A stretch of 32,000 nt of DNA from Delftia acidovorans NBRC 14950 (GTDB lineage Bacteria; Pseudomonadota; Gammaproteobacteria; Burkholderiales; Burkholderiaceae_C): contig NZ_BCZP01000022.1 of NCBI RefSeq assembly GCF_001598795.1, positions 60,001 through 92,000 on the forward strand, given 5' to 3'. Shown here one piece after another: positions 8,429 through 17,480 of the stretch (within the stretch, counting starts at the first letter, position 1; every line of letters starts with the position of its first letter). A model generated the notes under the pieces. The model saw only the letters and a list, made by a program, of their open reading frames with translations. It did not search any database and was not told the DNA's origin. A program made the translations under genes and the position numbers.

Positions 8429-8941
8429 TCAAGTCTCGCGCGGCTTGGTATCCGGCTCCGCGTCCGCCTGCGGGGGCGGCGCACTGACCACGTGCGGCAG
8501 CATCACGAGGATGACGATGGCCAGCAGCGTGGCCAGCAGCGCGATGGCTTCGCGCCCCAGGCCGCAGGCCACGCCGATGGCGGCCGTCATCCAGATGCCG
8601 GCGGCGGTGGTCAGGCCCTGCACCTGCTCCTCGGTGTGGCGTTTGATGATGGCGCCTGCGCCCAGGAAGCCCACGCCGGCCACCACGCCCTGGATCACGC
8701 GGCTCATGTCGGCAATGCCCATGCCTCCGCGCTCGGGCACCAGCACGAACAGCGCCGCGCCCATGGCCACCAGCATGTGGGTGCGCAGGCCGGCGGCCTT
8801 GCCCTTGTGTTCTCGCTCGTAGCCGACGATGCCGCCCAGCAGGGCCGCCAGCAGCAGGCGCACCATGACGCGCGTGACCTCGGCCGCATCGGGCAGGCTG
8901 GAGAATTCCTCGGCCAGGGTGCTGGTTACTTCCTCCCACAT
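8429..8941 (-). CDS. MgtC/SapB-family membrane protein
   Basis: 170-aa ORF. RLLLAALLGGIVGYEREHKGKAAGLRTHMLVAMGAALF and GVVAGVGFLGAGAII are typical MgtC-family transmembrane motifs. Confidence 0.9.
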   Translation of the reverse strand: MWEEVTSTLAEEFSSLPDAAEVTRVMVRLLLAALLGGIVGYEREHKGKAAGLRTHMLVAMGAALFVLVPERGGMGIADMSRVIQGVVAGVGFLGAGAIIKRHTEEQVQGLTTAAGIWMTAAIGVACGLGREAIALLATLLAIVILVMLPHVVSAPPPQADAEPDTKPRET

Positions 8942-9056
8942 GGCGCGTTCCTTTCCTCGGGTTGTGCGTCAGGACTCAGGAAGCGAGCATGGCGTGGCGT
9001 GCAGCGCGCCCAGGCCATCGCCCTTCGCCATTGCCTGTCAGCCAAGCGCGCCCGGC

Positions 9057-10532
9057 TCAGGCGCTTGCGGGCTTGTCCTGGTCCTTGGGCGGTGCAGCCG
9101 GCTCTGCGGCGCTGGCGGGTGCGCTGGCGGGCTCCGGTTCCGGCGCGGCGGCCGGTGCTGGTACGGGCTCAGGTACGGGCTCAGGTGCTGGCTCAGTTGC
9201 AGGTGCAGGCTCGGGAGCAGGTGCAGGCACCAGACTCAGCATGTGCTGGGCCAGCGTCTCGTACAGCGGCCGGGCCAGCATGCGCGAGACCAGGCTGGCC
9301 AGCATGGCAGCGGCCATGAGGCTGAGCACCATGGAGTGGCCGTCCACCATCTCCATCACGATGATGAAGGCCGTCAGCGGCGCCTGCGTGACGGCGGCCA
9401 GGAAGGCGGCCATGCCCATGGCGATGAGGGCGGGCGCGATGTCTGCGCCCATGAGGCCGGCCACGTTGTGGCCCACGCCCGCGCCAATCGACAGCGAGGG
9501 CGCGAAGATGCCGCCCGGCACGCCCACCCAGGCCGACAGCCAGGTGGCGATGAACTTCAGGGTGACGTAGAACGAGGGCACGTCGGCCTGGCCCGCCAGC
9601 ATGTGCTTGACGGCCTCCGAGCCCGCGCCGAAGGTGGCGCCGCCCGTGACCATGCCGATGACGGCAATCACCAGCGCGATCGCCGCCGCGAAGCGGATGG
9701 GTAAGCGCGCACGCAGCTGGTTGAGCCGCTCGGGCGTGCGGGTCAGCGAGGCGGCCAGCAGCTTGGCGAACAGGCCTCCCAGCACGCCGCAGGCCAGGGT
9801 CACGCACAGGCCGGGCAGCAGCGCGTCCCAGGTCAGGTGGGGCACCTGGATGCGCCCGAAATAACTGAGGTTGCCAAAGGCCGACACGCCCATCAGGCCG
9901 GCCAGCACGATGGCCGCGATGATCAGGCCGCTGGAGCGCGACTCCAGCTTGCGCGACAGCTCCTCGATGGCGAAGACCACGCCCGCCAGCGGCGCGTTGA
10001 AGGCCGCCGCAATGCCGGCCGCGCCGCCAGCCACCAGCAGCGCATGGTGGCTGATGCCCGAATGCGGCCCGAACCAGCGCCGCGCATGGTGCATGACACC
10101 GGCGGCCACCTGCACCGAAGGCCCCTCGCGCCCGATCGACAGCCCCGCCGCAAAGCCCGCGCTGGCCAGGGCCATCTTGGCGAAGGACAGCCACAGCGAC
10201 ACGAAGCGCCCGCGCTGCGCGGGGTCCAGCGCCGGGTCCAGCGTGGCGATCACCTGCGGAATGCCCGACCCCGCCGCGCCCGGCGCCCAGCGCCGCGTGA
10301 GCCACACGGCGCCCGCCGTGACGGCAGGCATCCACAGCAGAACGGCCCAGCCGCCCTGCCAGTGGTAGATGCTCTCGAAGAGTTCAAAGCCCGCGTCGGC
10401 CATCAGCGTGAAGGCCACCACGCACAGCCCGGCGGCGGCCGCATAGGCCAGCACGATGGTGCGGTCCAGCCAGCGCCTGCCGTCCCGGAATTCCTGGTTC
10501 AGGTTGTGGAGGAAGTCGGGTTCTTGCTGCAT
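9057..10532 (-). CDS. ClC-family voltage-gated chloride channel / Cl-/H+ antiporter homologue
   Basis: 491-aa ORF with the canonical selectivity motifs GSGIPQV, GREGPSVQ and GGIFAPSL. The C-terminal ~59 residues are a Pro/Ala/Glu low-complexity tail. Confidence 0.92.
   Translation of the reverse strand: MQQEPDFLHNLNQEFRDGRRWLDRTIVLAYAAAAGLCVVAFTLMADAGFELFESIYHWQGGWAVLLWMPAVTAGAVWLTRRWAPGAAGSGIPQVIATLDPALDPAQRGRFVSLWLSFAKMALASAGFAAGLSIGREGPSVQVAAGVMHHARRWFGPHSGISHHALLVAGGAAGIAAAFNAPLAGVVFAIEELSRKLESRSSGLIIAAIVLAGLMGVSAFGNLSYFGRIQVPHLTWDALLPGLCVTLACGVLGGLFAKLLAASLTRTPERLNQLRARLPIRFAAAIALVIAVIGMVTGGATFGAGSEAVKHMLAGQADVPSFYVTLKFIATWLSAWVGVPGGIFAPSLSIGAGVGHNVAGLMGADIAPALIAMGMAAFLAAVTQAPLTAFIIVMEMVDGHSMVLSLMAAAMLASLVSRMLARPLYETLAQHMLSLVPAPAPEPAPATEPAPEPVPEPVPAPAAAPEPEPASAPASAAEPAAPPKDQDKPASA
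9148..9231. repeat. Degenerate 12-bp in-frame tandem repeat encoding the ClC Pro/Glu/Ala tail
   Basis: GGTACGGGCTCA at 9160-9171 and 9172-9183, and GGTGCTGGCTCA at 9184-9195. Flanking units are related (GGTGCAGGCTCG, GGAGCAGGTGCA). They translate on the minus strand as PEPVPEPVPAPA.... Confidence 0.8.
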
Positions 10533-10811
10533 CGCGTGAAGAGGCTGGGCGAAAGCTCTTCATTGTGCACAAGCCCGGCCACAGGGGCTGTGGCCAGCGG
10601 CAATGCCTACTTCACCGCTGCGTTGATGGCCGATGACTGCGTACCTGGAGAGCCGTCCGTCCGTCAGGCATTCCACCGCCCGGGCATGAGCACCCTGGCA
10701 ACCCGTGCCTTACGCCACTCAATGACGGCACGTTTGCGCAGCTCTCGCCCGCGCCGGCGCGAACCTGTCGCTGACCTGCAGCGCGCTGCGGTGCCGATCA
10801 TGCCTGCAGGT

Positions 10812-11141
10812 TCAGTCCACCACGAAGAGCCTGGCGCCCTTGGGCGAGCGCGAGCGGTGCGGCTCGGCGTTGTCCGCCACCTGGTAGCTCATGCCGGGCG
10901 TCAGCGTGAAGCGGCGGCCGTCCGCCAGCTCGGTCTCCAGCTCGCCTTCCAGGCACAGCAGCACATGGCCCTTGGTGCACCAGTGGTCGGAGACATAGCC
11001 GGGCGTGTACTCCACCGTGCGCACGCGGATGTTGCCGAAGTTCTGTGTGCGCCAGAACGCCTGGCCGGCCTCGGCCGAATGCTCGGTGGGCGCCACGGCG
11101 GCCCAGTCGGTGGTGTTGAAGGGGATGTTGTCCATCTGCAT
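10812..11141 (-). CDS. Small cupin-fold protein (109 aa)
   Basis: Single-domain cupin pattern: VRTVEYTPGYVSDHWCTKGHVLLCLEGELETELADGRRFTLTPGMSYQV. It lies 63 nt downstream of cobF on the same strand. Confidence 0.8.
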   Translation of the reverse strand: MQMDNIPFNTTDWAAVAPTEHSAEAGQAFWRTQNFGNIRVRTVEYTPGYVSDHWCTKGHVLLCLEGELETELADGRRFTLTPGMSYQVADNAEPHRSRSPKGARLFVVD

Positions 11142-11204
11142 GGCGGGATTCCTTGATGAAGGGGGTGTACAGCGTGGGGGCCGGCGTCGGCAGCAGCCTC
11201 GGCC

Positions 11205-12002
11205 TCAGCCGCCGCGCCGCAGCAGGTAGATATCCATGATCCAGCCATGCCGCTCGCGCGCTGCGGCGCGGGCCTGCACGATGCGGGGGGCGGCCTCGGC
11301 CAGCGGGCCGCTGTCCAGCATCTGGCGGTCCATGCCCAGGTAGGCGCCCCACCAGATGTGCAGGCCATGGGAGGGCAGCTCGGTGAAGCTGCACTGTCCG
11401 TCCAGCATCACCACAGCCGTGTCCACGCCGGGCGGCCAGCCCTGCTCGCGCAGCTGGCGGCCCGTGGTCACCACGAAGGGCTGGCCTATGCCGTTGAGCG
11501 CAATCGCATGCGCGGCGCACAGCACCTGCATGGAGCTGATGCCCGCCACCACGCGCACGCTGTGCGGCGCCGGCTGCATGCGCGCGGCAATGCGCAGGGT
11601 GCTGTCGTACAGCGCCGGGTCCCCCCAGACCAGCAGGGCGACCTGCAAGGGCTGGCCGGGGGTGCGCGGCTGCAGCCCCTCGTCCAGGGACCGGGCGATG
11701 GCCGCCTGCCAGCAGCGCGTGATGGCCGCATGCCATTCATCGACCTGGGCCAGGTAGTCGTCGCCCACGCTGCGGCGCACGGGCATGTCGAAGCCTTCGA
11801 TGCGCGGGCCGGGCGCAGTGAGCACGGCATCGCACAGGTCGCGGCGCAGGGCGGCGAGTTCGGCCTTGTCCTCGCCCTTGTGCGGCAGCAGGATCAGGTC
11901 GGCGGCCTGCATGGCGGCCTGGGCTTCGCGCGTGAGGTGGTCGGGGTTGCCCGTGCCGATGCCGATCAGGCTCAGCGCCACGGGCGGCAGGGCCGCGCTC
12001 AT
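11205..12002 (-). CDS. cobF: Precorrin-6A synthase (deacetylating)
   Basis: 265-aa [37 protein letters not shown] and [14 protein letters not shown] are tetrapyrrole-methylase motifs in the CobF arrangement. The ATG overlaps the cobM stop (ATGA). Confidence 0.88.
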   Translation of the reverse strand: MSAALPPVALSLIGIGTGNPDHLTREAQAAMQAADLILLPHKGEDKAELAALRRDLCDAVLTAPGPRIEGFDMPVRRSVGDDYLAQVDEWHAAITRCWQAAIARSLDEGLQPRTPGQPLQVALLVWGDPALYDSTLRIAARMQPAPHSVRVVAGISSMQVLCAAHAIALNGIGQPFVVTTGRQLREQGWPPGVDTAVVMLDGQCSFTELPSHGLHIWWGAYLGMDRQMLDSGPLAEAAPRIVQARAAARERHGWIMDIYLLRRGG

Positions 12003-12853
12003 GGGGCGGAGTTCCCCAGGGGCACATCCCTCACGGTATCCCTCGCGGTATCCAGCGCGGCGCCGCCGCGCACGTCGGTGGCGGGAAAGCGCGGCTCGGT
12101 GCCCAGCGGGCGGTAGCGGCGGTCGTAGTCGGCCGCGTAGAGGCGGCTTTCGCCGAAGTCCTCGGCCTGCAGGCTGCGGCCCACCAGGATCAGTGCCGTG
12201 CGCTCCATATGGGTGGCCACGGCCTCGGTCAGGCTGCCCACCGTGGTGCGCACCACGGTTTCGTCAGGCCAGCTGGCGCGCCAGACGATGGCCACGGGGC
12301 AGTCGGCGCCGTAGTGCGGCAGCAGCTCGGACTGCACCTTGGCGGCCACATGGATGGACAGATGGATGGCCAGCACGGCGCCCGTGGCAGCGAAGGCGGC
12401 CAGGTTCTCGCCCTCGGGCATGGCCGTGGCGCGGCCCGAGGTGCGTGTCAGCACCACGGACTGGCACAGGCCGGGCAGGGTCAGCTCCGCGCCCAGCGTG
12501 GCGGCAGCGGCCGCGAACGAGGGCACGCCCGGCGTGACGGTGTAGGCAATGCCGGCCTCGCGCAGGCGGCGCAGTTGCTCGCCCATGGCCGACCAGACGG
12601 ACAGGTCGCCCGAGTGCAGGCGCGCCACGTCTTCGCCACGCGCCTCGGCGGCCTGGATCTCGGCCACGATGTCGTCCAGGCTCATGGATGCGGTGTTGAC
12701 GATGCGCGCGCCCGGCGGGCAGTGCGCCAGCAGCTCGCGCGGTATCAGCGAGCCCGCGTACAGGCAAACCGGGCAGGCCGCCATGAGGTCGCGCCCGCGC
12801 ACGGTGATCAGGTCGGCGGCGCCGGGGCCGGCGCCGATGAAATGCACGGTCAT
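11999..12853 (-). CDS. cobM: Precorrin-4 C11-methyltransferase
   Basis: The track ORF 11999..13258 was trimmed to ATG 12853 ([20 protein letters not shown]...[16 protein letters not shown]...[14 protein letters not shown]). The ATG overlaps the cobE stop (ATGA). Confidence 0.93.
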   Translation of the reverse strand: MTVHFIGAGPGAADLITVRGRDLMAACPVCLYAGSLIPRELLAHCPPGARIVNTASMSLDDIVAEIQAAEARGEDVARLHSGDLSVWSAMGEQLRRLREAGIAYTVTPGVPSFAAAAATLGAELTLPGLCQSVVLTRTSGRATAMPEGENLAAFAATGAVLAIHLSIHVAAKVQSELLPHYGADCPVAIVWRASWPDETVVRTTVGSLTEAVATHMERTALILVGRSLQAEDFGESRLYAADYDRRYRPLGTEPRFPATDVRGGAALDTARDTVRDVPLGNSAP

Positions 12854-13362
12854 GCCGTTGCTCCTTGTTTCTTGGCCTGGCTGGCGTGGGCCAGGCAACA
12901 GTTCAGAGGTCCGCCCTGGCCCACGGCCAGGGCCAGGGTGGCGCTGCCATCGTCCGCCACCAGGCGGGTCACGCTCAGGGCGGAGTGCGGGCCTGCGGCG
13001 GCCAGCGCCGCCGCCTCGGCCACGCTGCCCGTGCCATAGCGCGCCAGCATGCGCGGCGACTGCGTGACCACGGGCTGCCCAGGCAGTTGCCCTGGCGGCA
13101 CGCGCACCAGAACGGCCGTGGGCACGACAGCCGCCATCCAGGCGGCCAGCGCCGGGTGGCCGGCCTTGGTGTCCAGCACAGCCACGGCGCAGATGGGCTG
13201 GGGCGCGCAGGCGCTTGCGTCTGCGCTTTCCGGCAGGAGCGCCTGCGCCCGCTGCCACAGCGCCTGCAGCGCATGGGGCAGTGCGTCGGTGTGCAGGCCC
13301 AGGCCCAGCACGCCGCAGCGGTGGGGGATGGTTTCGTCCGGGTTCACCGCTGCCAGCTCCAC
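12850..13362 (-). CDS. cobE: CobE / CbiG C-terminal-domain-like cobalamin biosynthesis protein
   Basis: 170-aa ORF starting at [14 protein letters not shown]..., [15 protein letters not shown] and [16 protein letters not shown] resemble CobE. The position between cobL and cobM is the classical one. The start codon is uncertain and overlaps the cobL 3' end by 19 nt. Confidence 0.7.
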   Translation of the reverse strand: MELAAVNPDETIPHRCGVLGLGLHTDALPHALQALWQRAQALLPESADASACAPQPICAVAVLDTKAGHPALAAWMAAVVPTAVLVRVPPGQLPGQPVVTQSPRMLARYGTGSVAEAAALAAAGPHSALSVTRLVADDGSATLALAVGQGGPLNCCLAHASQAKKQGATA

Positions 13363-14546
13363 TGCACCAGCGGCCGCGCAGCCTTCCAGCTGCGCATGCG
13401 GCCCAGCGGCTCGGCGCTGGAGATCTCCAGCCGCAGCAGCTGGCCGCCGTGCTGGGCCTGCAGTTGCACCAGCAGGGCCTCGGTCTCCAGCGTCACGGCA
13501 TTGACCACCAGGCGGCAGCCTGCGGGCATGAGGGCCTGCAGGCGCTCGAACAATTCGGCGTCAAAGCCGCCGCCCACGAACACGGCCTGGGGCCGGGCCA
13601 GCACCTGCAGTTCGGCCAGCGCCTCGGGCGCCACGCCCTGCACCACGCGCAGGCGCGCCTGCAGGCCGAAGCGCCGGGCGTTGAGGCGGATGTTGTCCGC
13701 ACGCGCCGCATGCTGCTCCAGGCTGATGGCCGATCCGCCCGCCAGGCACCACTCAACGGCCACCGAGCCCGAGCCGCCGCCCACATCCCACAGGCATTCG
13801 CCGTGGCGCGGCGACAGGGCCGCCAGGGTCAGCGCGCGGGCCGGGGCCTTGGTGATCTGGCCGTCGTTGGCGTACCAGTGGTTGGGCCGGCCCGGCACCA
13901 GCGGCAGGGCCGCGCCGCCCTGGGCGAGCACGGCCACGGCCACGGGCGCGCATGCAGGGTCGGCGGCCAGGGCCTGGGCGGCTTCGGCGGCGCGCCATGC
14001 GCGGCGGCGCTCGCGCGGGCCGCCCACGGATTCCATGACCTGAAGGCAGCTGTCGCCCCAGCCTTCCTGCACCAGCCAGTCCGCCAATGCGGCCACGGCG
14101 GCGCCATCGCGCAGCAGCACCAGCGACTGGCGGCCTGGCGACAGGTGCGGCAGCAGCTGCTCCACGTGGCCGGCGTGCAGGCCCAGGCAGACCGTGTCTT
14201 CCAGCTTCCAGCCCAGGCGGGACGCCAGCAGCGAAAATGTCGAGGGTTGGGCGTGGCAGCGCCACTCCTGCGGCGCCAGATGCGCCGCCAGGCTGCCGCC
14301 CGCCCCGAACCAGAACGGATCGCCCGACGCCAGCACCACCGTGGGCCGGCCACGGCAAGCCAGCACGGGCGCCACGTCAAAGGGCACGGGCCAGGGACGG
14401 CCCCGCTCGCCGGCACCGGCCAGCGCCAGGTGGCGCGGCCCGCCAAAAACGGTCTCGGCCGCGTCCAGCGCGCGCAGCGCGGCGGGCGAGAGGCCGTCCA
14501 GGCCGTCTTCGTTCAGGCCCACCAATGTCAACCAGGGATCAGTCAT
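13344..14546 (-). CDS. cobL: Precorrin-6Y C5,15-methyltransferase (decarboxylating)
   Basis: The track ORF 13344..14954 was trimmed to ATG 14546 ([20 protein letters not shown]... is a typical CobL N-terminus). An N-terminal methylase domain ([14 protein letters not shown]) precedes a C-terminal CbiT-like SAM domain ([15 protein letters not shown]). Confidence 0.92.
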   Translation of the reverse strand: MTDPWLTLVGLNEDGLDGLSPAALRALDAAETVFGGPRHLALAGAGERGRPWPVPFDVAPVLACRGRPTVVLASGDPFWFGAGGSLAAHLAPQEWRCHAQPSTFSLLASRLGWKLEDTVCLGLHAGHVEQLLPHLSPGRQSLVLLRDGAAVAALADWLVQEGWGDSCLQVMESVGGPRERRRAWRAAEAAQALAADPACAPVAVAVLAQGGAALPLVPGRPNHWYANDGQITKAPARALTLAALSPRHGECLWDVGGGSGSVAVEWCLAGGSAISLEQHAARADNIRLNARRFGLQARLRVVQGVAPEALAELQVLARPQAVFVGGGFDAELFERLQALMPAGCRLVVNAVTLETEALLVQLQAQHGGQLLRLEISSAEPLGRMRSWKAARPLVQWSWQR

Positions 14547-15330
14547 GCCCCATGTTCTCCTGCTGGGCGGCACCAGCGGCGCCAGCCAGCTGGCCCAGGC
14601 CCTGCACCGCGCCGGCATTGCCGCCGTGTTCTCGTATGCGGGCGTCACGCAGTCGCCCGTGGCCCAGCCCCTGCCCACCCGCGTGGGAGGCTTTGGCGGT
14701 GCCCAGGGCCTGGCGCAATTCCTGCGCGGGCAGGCCATCAGCCATGTGGTCGATGCCACCCACCCGTTTGCCGCACAGATGAGCCGCAATGCCTGCGAGG
14801 CCTGCGCCGCCACCGGCATGCCGCTGCTGGCGCTGGAGCGCGAGCCCTGGCAGGCCAGTGCCGGCGACGCCTGGATCGACGTGCCCGACATGCAAGCCGC
14901 CGCTGCCGCCCTGCCCCAGGCAGCCGCCCGGGTGTTTCTGGCCGTGGGCCGCAAGCAGCTTGCGGCCTTTGCGGGCCAGCCGCAGCACCACTACCTGCTG
15001 CGCCTGGTCGATGCGCCCGAGCCCGGCAGCCTGCCCCTGCCCCACACCACGGTGGTGCTGGGGCGCGGGCCTTTCAGCGCGGACGACGATGAAGCCTTGT
15101 TGCGCACGCACGGCATCGAATGGCTGGTGGCCAAGAACGCAGGCGGCGAGGCCACGCGCGGCAAGCTCGATGCCGCACGCGCCCTGGGCATGCCCGTGGT
15201 GATGGTGCAGCGCCCGGCGCTGCCGCAGCGCCAGCGCACCGGGTCGGTGGCTGCGGTGCTGCACTGGATTGCTCATGGCGTGCTGCCGACAGCGCCGACA
15301 GCACCGCCCGCGCCGCCATCCATGCCGTAG
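14545..15330 (+). CDS. cobK: Precorrin-6A reductase
   Basis: The track ORF 14194..15330 was trimmed to ATG 14545 ([20 protein letters not shown] is a typical CobK start). It also has HVVDATHPFA and WLVAKNAGGEATRGKLDAARALGMPVVMVQRP. It is the only plus-strand gene in the cluster. Confidence 0.9.
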   Translation: MPHVLLLGGTSGASQLAQALHRAGIAAVFSYAGVTQSPVAQPLPTRVGGFGGAQGLAQFLRGQAISHVVDATHPFAAQMSRNACEACAATGMPLLALEREPWQASAGDAWIDVPDMQAAAAALPQAAARVFLAVGRKQLAAFAGQPQHHYLLRLVDAPEPGSLPLPHTTVVLGRGPFSADDDEALLRTHGIEWLVAKNAGGEATRGKLDAARALGMPVVMVQRPALPQRQRTGSVAAVLHWIAHGVLPTAPTAPPAPPSMP

Positions 15331-16097
15331 TGGCGTGGCGTATAGACCCAGCGGCCCACGCGGCGCGTGGCGCTGTTGCCCACCAGGACTACGGTGCGCA
15401 TGTCGGCCATCTCGGGCGTGGCCTCGGCCAGCGTGCATACGTGCAAGTGTTCCTCGGGCGTGGACACGGCGCGCGCAAACACCAGCAGGCGCTGCGGCTC
15501 GCAGCGGGTGCGCAGCAGCTGCAGCAGGCGCACAAAGCCTTCGGGCCGGCTCTTGGAGCGCGGGTTGTAGAAGGCCATGGCGAAGTCGGCCTCGGCCGCC
15601 AGTTCCACGCGCCGCGCGATCACCGGCCAGGGCTTGAGGTTGTCCGAGAGATTGATGCAGCAAAAGTCATGGCCCAGCGGCGCACCGGCCCGCGCGGCGG
15701 CGGCCAGCATGGCGGTGATGCCGGGCAGCACCTGGATATCGAGCGCCTGCCAGGCGGCGGCCTGCAACGCATCGGCAGATTCAATGGCCTCGAACACGGC
15801 CGACGCCATGGCGAACACGCCCGGGTCGCCCGAGGACACCACCACCACCTGCCGCCCCTGCGCGGCCAGCGCCAGCGCCTGGCGCGCGCGCTCCAGCTCC
15901 ACACGGTTGTCCGAGGCATGCCAGGCCACGGCCTGGCCCTGACCCGCCTGCGCCAGCAGGGCCTGCGCGCGGGACACATAGGGCAGGTAGCCGACCACAT
16001 CGTCGGCCGCGAGCAAGGCGGCTGCGGCTTCGGGCGTGATCTGGTCCAGTGCGCCCGGGCCCAGCCCCACCACCGTCAGGCGGCCGGCGCTCACCAT
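15273..16097 (-). CDS. cobJ: Precorrin-3B C17-methyltransferase
   Basis: 274-aa ORF with LTVVGLGPGALDQITPEA, VVVVSSGDPGVFAMAS, VLPGITAMLAAAARAGAPLGHDFCCINLSD and NPRSKSR. The start overlaps the cobI stop by 7 nt. Confidence 0.93.
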   Translation of the reverse strand: MVSAGRLTVVGLGPGALDQITPEAAAALLAADDVVGYLPYVSRAQALLAQAGQGQAVAWHASDNRVELERARQALALAAQGRQVVVVSSGDPGVFAMASAVFEAIESADALQAAAWQALDIQVLPGITAMLAAAARAGAPLGHDFCCINLSDNLKPWPVIARRVELAAEADFAMAFYNPRSKSRPEGFVRLLQLLRTRCEPQRLLVFARAVSTPEEHLHVCTLAEATPEMADMRTVVLVGNSATRRVGRWVYTPRHYGMDGGAGGAVGAVGSTP

Positions 16098-16861
16098 GCG
16101 GCCTCCGGCCGGCGGCCCTGGCCGTGCACGAGCACGATGGCGAAATAGGGGCAGGCGTCGTCGGACACATCGCCCAGGCGCGCGACCTGCTCGCTGTCCG
16201 TGGTGCCGTTCTGCACCAGCCAGGCGGCGTCAAGCCGGCCCGTGCGCTGCAGGGCGCGGCGGATGCGCGGCAGGTTGCGGCCGACCTTCATGACGACCAG
16301 GGCCTCGGCCGTCTGCATGCGGCGCACCAGCTCGTCTTCCGACAGGGTGCCGGTCATCACGCTGAGCACATCGTCGCCCCAGGTGATGGGCTCGCCCGTG
16401 GCGTGCCAGCAGCCCACCATGCCGGGGATGCCGGGCACCACGTCCAGCGGCACCTGGCCGCGTTCGCGCAGCCGGGTGTACAGATGCATGAAGGAGCCGT
16501 AGAGGAAGGGGTCGCCCTCGCACAGCACCACCACCTGCTCGGTCTGCGCCAGCGCTTCCAGGCGCAGGCACCAGTCGTCGTAGAAGCGCGCCAGCAGGTC
16601 CACATAGGCGGGGCTGTCCACGGGCAGCTCGGTGGTCACCGGGTACTCCATGGCGTGCTCGGCAGCGCCTTGGGCCAGCAGGCCGTCCACCAGCTGGCGG
16701 GCCTTGCCGGGCCGGCCCTTCTTGCGGAAGAACGCCACCTGGCGGGCGCCGCGCACAAGGCGGTCGGCCTTGACGCTCATGAGTTCGGGGTCGCCCGGGC
16801 CCAGGCCCACGCAGACAATGCCGGGCCCGCCCTGGCTGGGACGCGGCTGCCTACTCGACAT
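16091..16861 (-). CDS. cobI: Precorrin-2 C20-methyltransferase
   Basis: 256-aa ORF with IVCVGLGPGDPELMSVKA, VVVLCEGDPFLYGSFMHLY and VVPGIPGM. The start overlaps the cobH stop by 11 nt. Confidence 0.93.
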   Translation of the reverse strand: MSSRQPRPSQGGPGIVCVGLGPGDPELMSVKADRLVRGARQVAFFRKKGRPGKARQLVDGLLAQGAAEHAMEYPVTTELPVDSPAYVDLLARFYDDWCLRLEALAQTEQVVVLCEGDPFLYGSFMHLYTRLRERGQVPLDVVPGIPGMVGCWHATGEPITWGDDVLSVMTGTLSEDELVRRMQTAEALVVMKVGRNLPRIRRALQRTGRLDAAWLVQNGTTDSEQVARLGDVSDDACPYFAIVLVHGQGRRPEAAW

Positions 16862-17480
16862 GGCTGGCCAGTGCGTTGATGGCGGCCACGGTGATGGCCG
16901 AGCCGCCCAGGCGGCCGTGCACGGCCATGCAGGGAACGGGCAGGTCCTGCATCAGCGCCTGCTTGGATTCCATGGCGCCCACAAAGCCCACGGGGCAGCC
17001 GATGATGGCTGCCGGCCGGGGGCAGGCCGGGTCCTGCAGCATGTTGAGCAGGTGGAACAAGGCCGTGGGCGCATTGCCGATGGCCACCACGGCGCCGGCC
17101 AGGTGCGGGCGCCACAGCTCCAACGCGGCGGCGCTGCGCGTGTTGCCCATGTCACGGGCCAGCGCGGGCACGCGCTCGTCCGGCAGCGTGCAGATGATGG
17201 GGTTGGCGGCGGGCAGGCGCGAGCGCGTGATGCCCTCGCTGACCATGCGCACGTCGCACAGCACGGGCGCGCCGTTTTGCAGGGCCTGCGCGGCGGCCTC
17301 GGCCATGCCGGGGGAGAAGGCCACGTGCGGGGCCAGCTCCACCAGGCCGGCGGCGTGGATCATGCGCACCACCACGCGTTCCTCGACAGGCGTGAAGCGT
17401 TCCAGCGCCGCCTCGCGGCGGATGGTGGCAAAGGACTGCCGGTAGATCTCGGCGCCATCGGTTTCGTAGCGGTGCAGCAT
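16851..17480 (-). CDS. cobH: Precorrin-8X methylmutase
   Basis: 209-aa ORF with EIYRQSFATIRREA, RMIHAAGL, AIGNAPTALFHLL, GCPVGFVGAMESK and GGSAITVAAINAL. The ATG shares one base with the cobG TAA (TAATG). Confidence 0.95.
   Translation of the reverse strand: MLHRYETDGAEIYRQSFATIRREAALERFTPVEERVVVRMIHAAGLVELAPHVAFSPGMAEAAAQALQNGAPVLCDVRMVSEGITRSRLPAANPIICTLPDERVPALARDMGNTRSAAALELWRPHLAGAVVAIGNAPTALFHLLNMLQDPACPRPAAIIGCPVGFVGAMESKQALMQDLPVPCMAVHGRLGGSAITVAAINALASHVE

Noticed and set aside
9148-9231. Short tandem repeats (also at 25675..25728 and 23479..23508) considered as possible CRISPR or minisatellite arrays.
   Set aside because: The units are 9-12 bp, directly abutting, with no spacers. 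Two of the three arrays are in-frame coding low-complexity sequence. None has the 25-40 bp repeat-spacer architecture of CRISPR.
10597-10660. Fragments reminiscent of the fluoride (crcB) riboswitch, such as GCAATGCCTAC, ACCGCTGCG and TTGATGGCCGATGA, near the ClC gene.
   Set aside because: The fragments lie on the plus strand, but the ClC gene is on the minus strand. They are in the wrong order for the motif. The channel also has canonical chloride-type motifs (GSGIP, GREGP, GxFxP) rather than a fluoride-type ClC-F signature.
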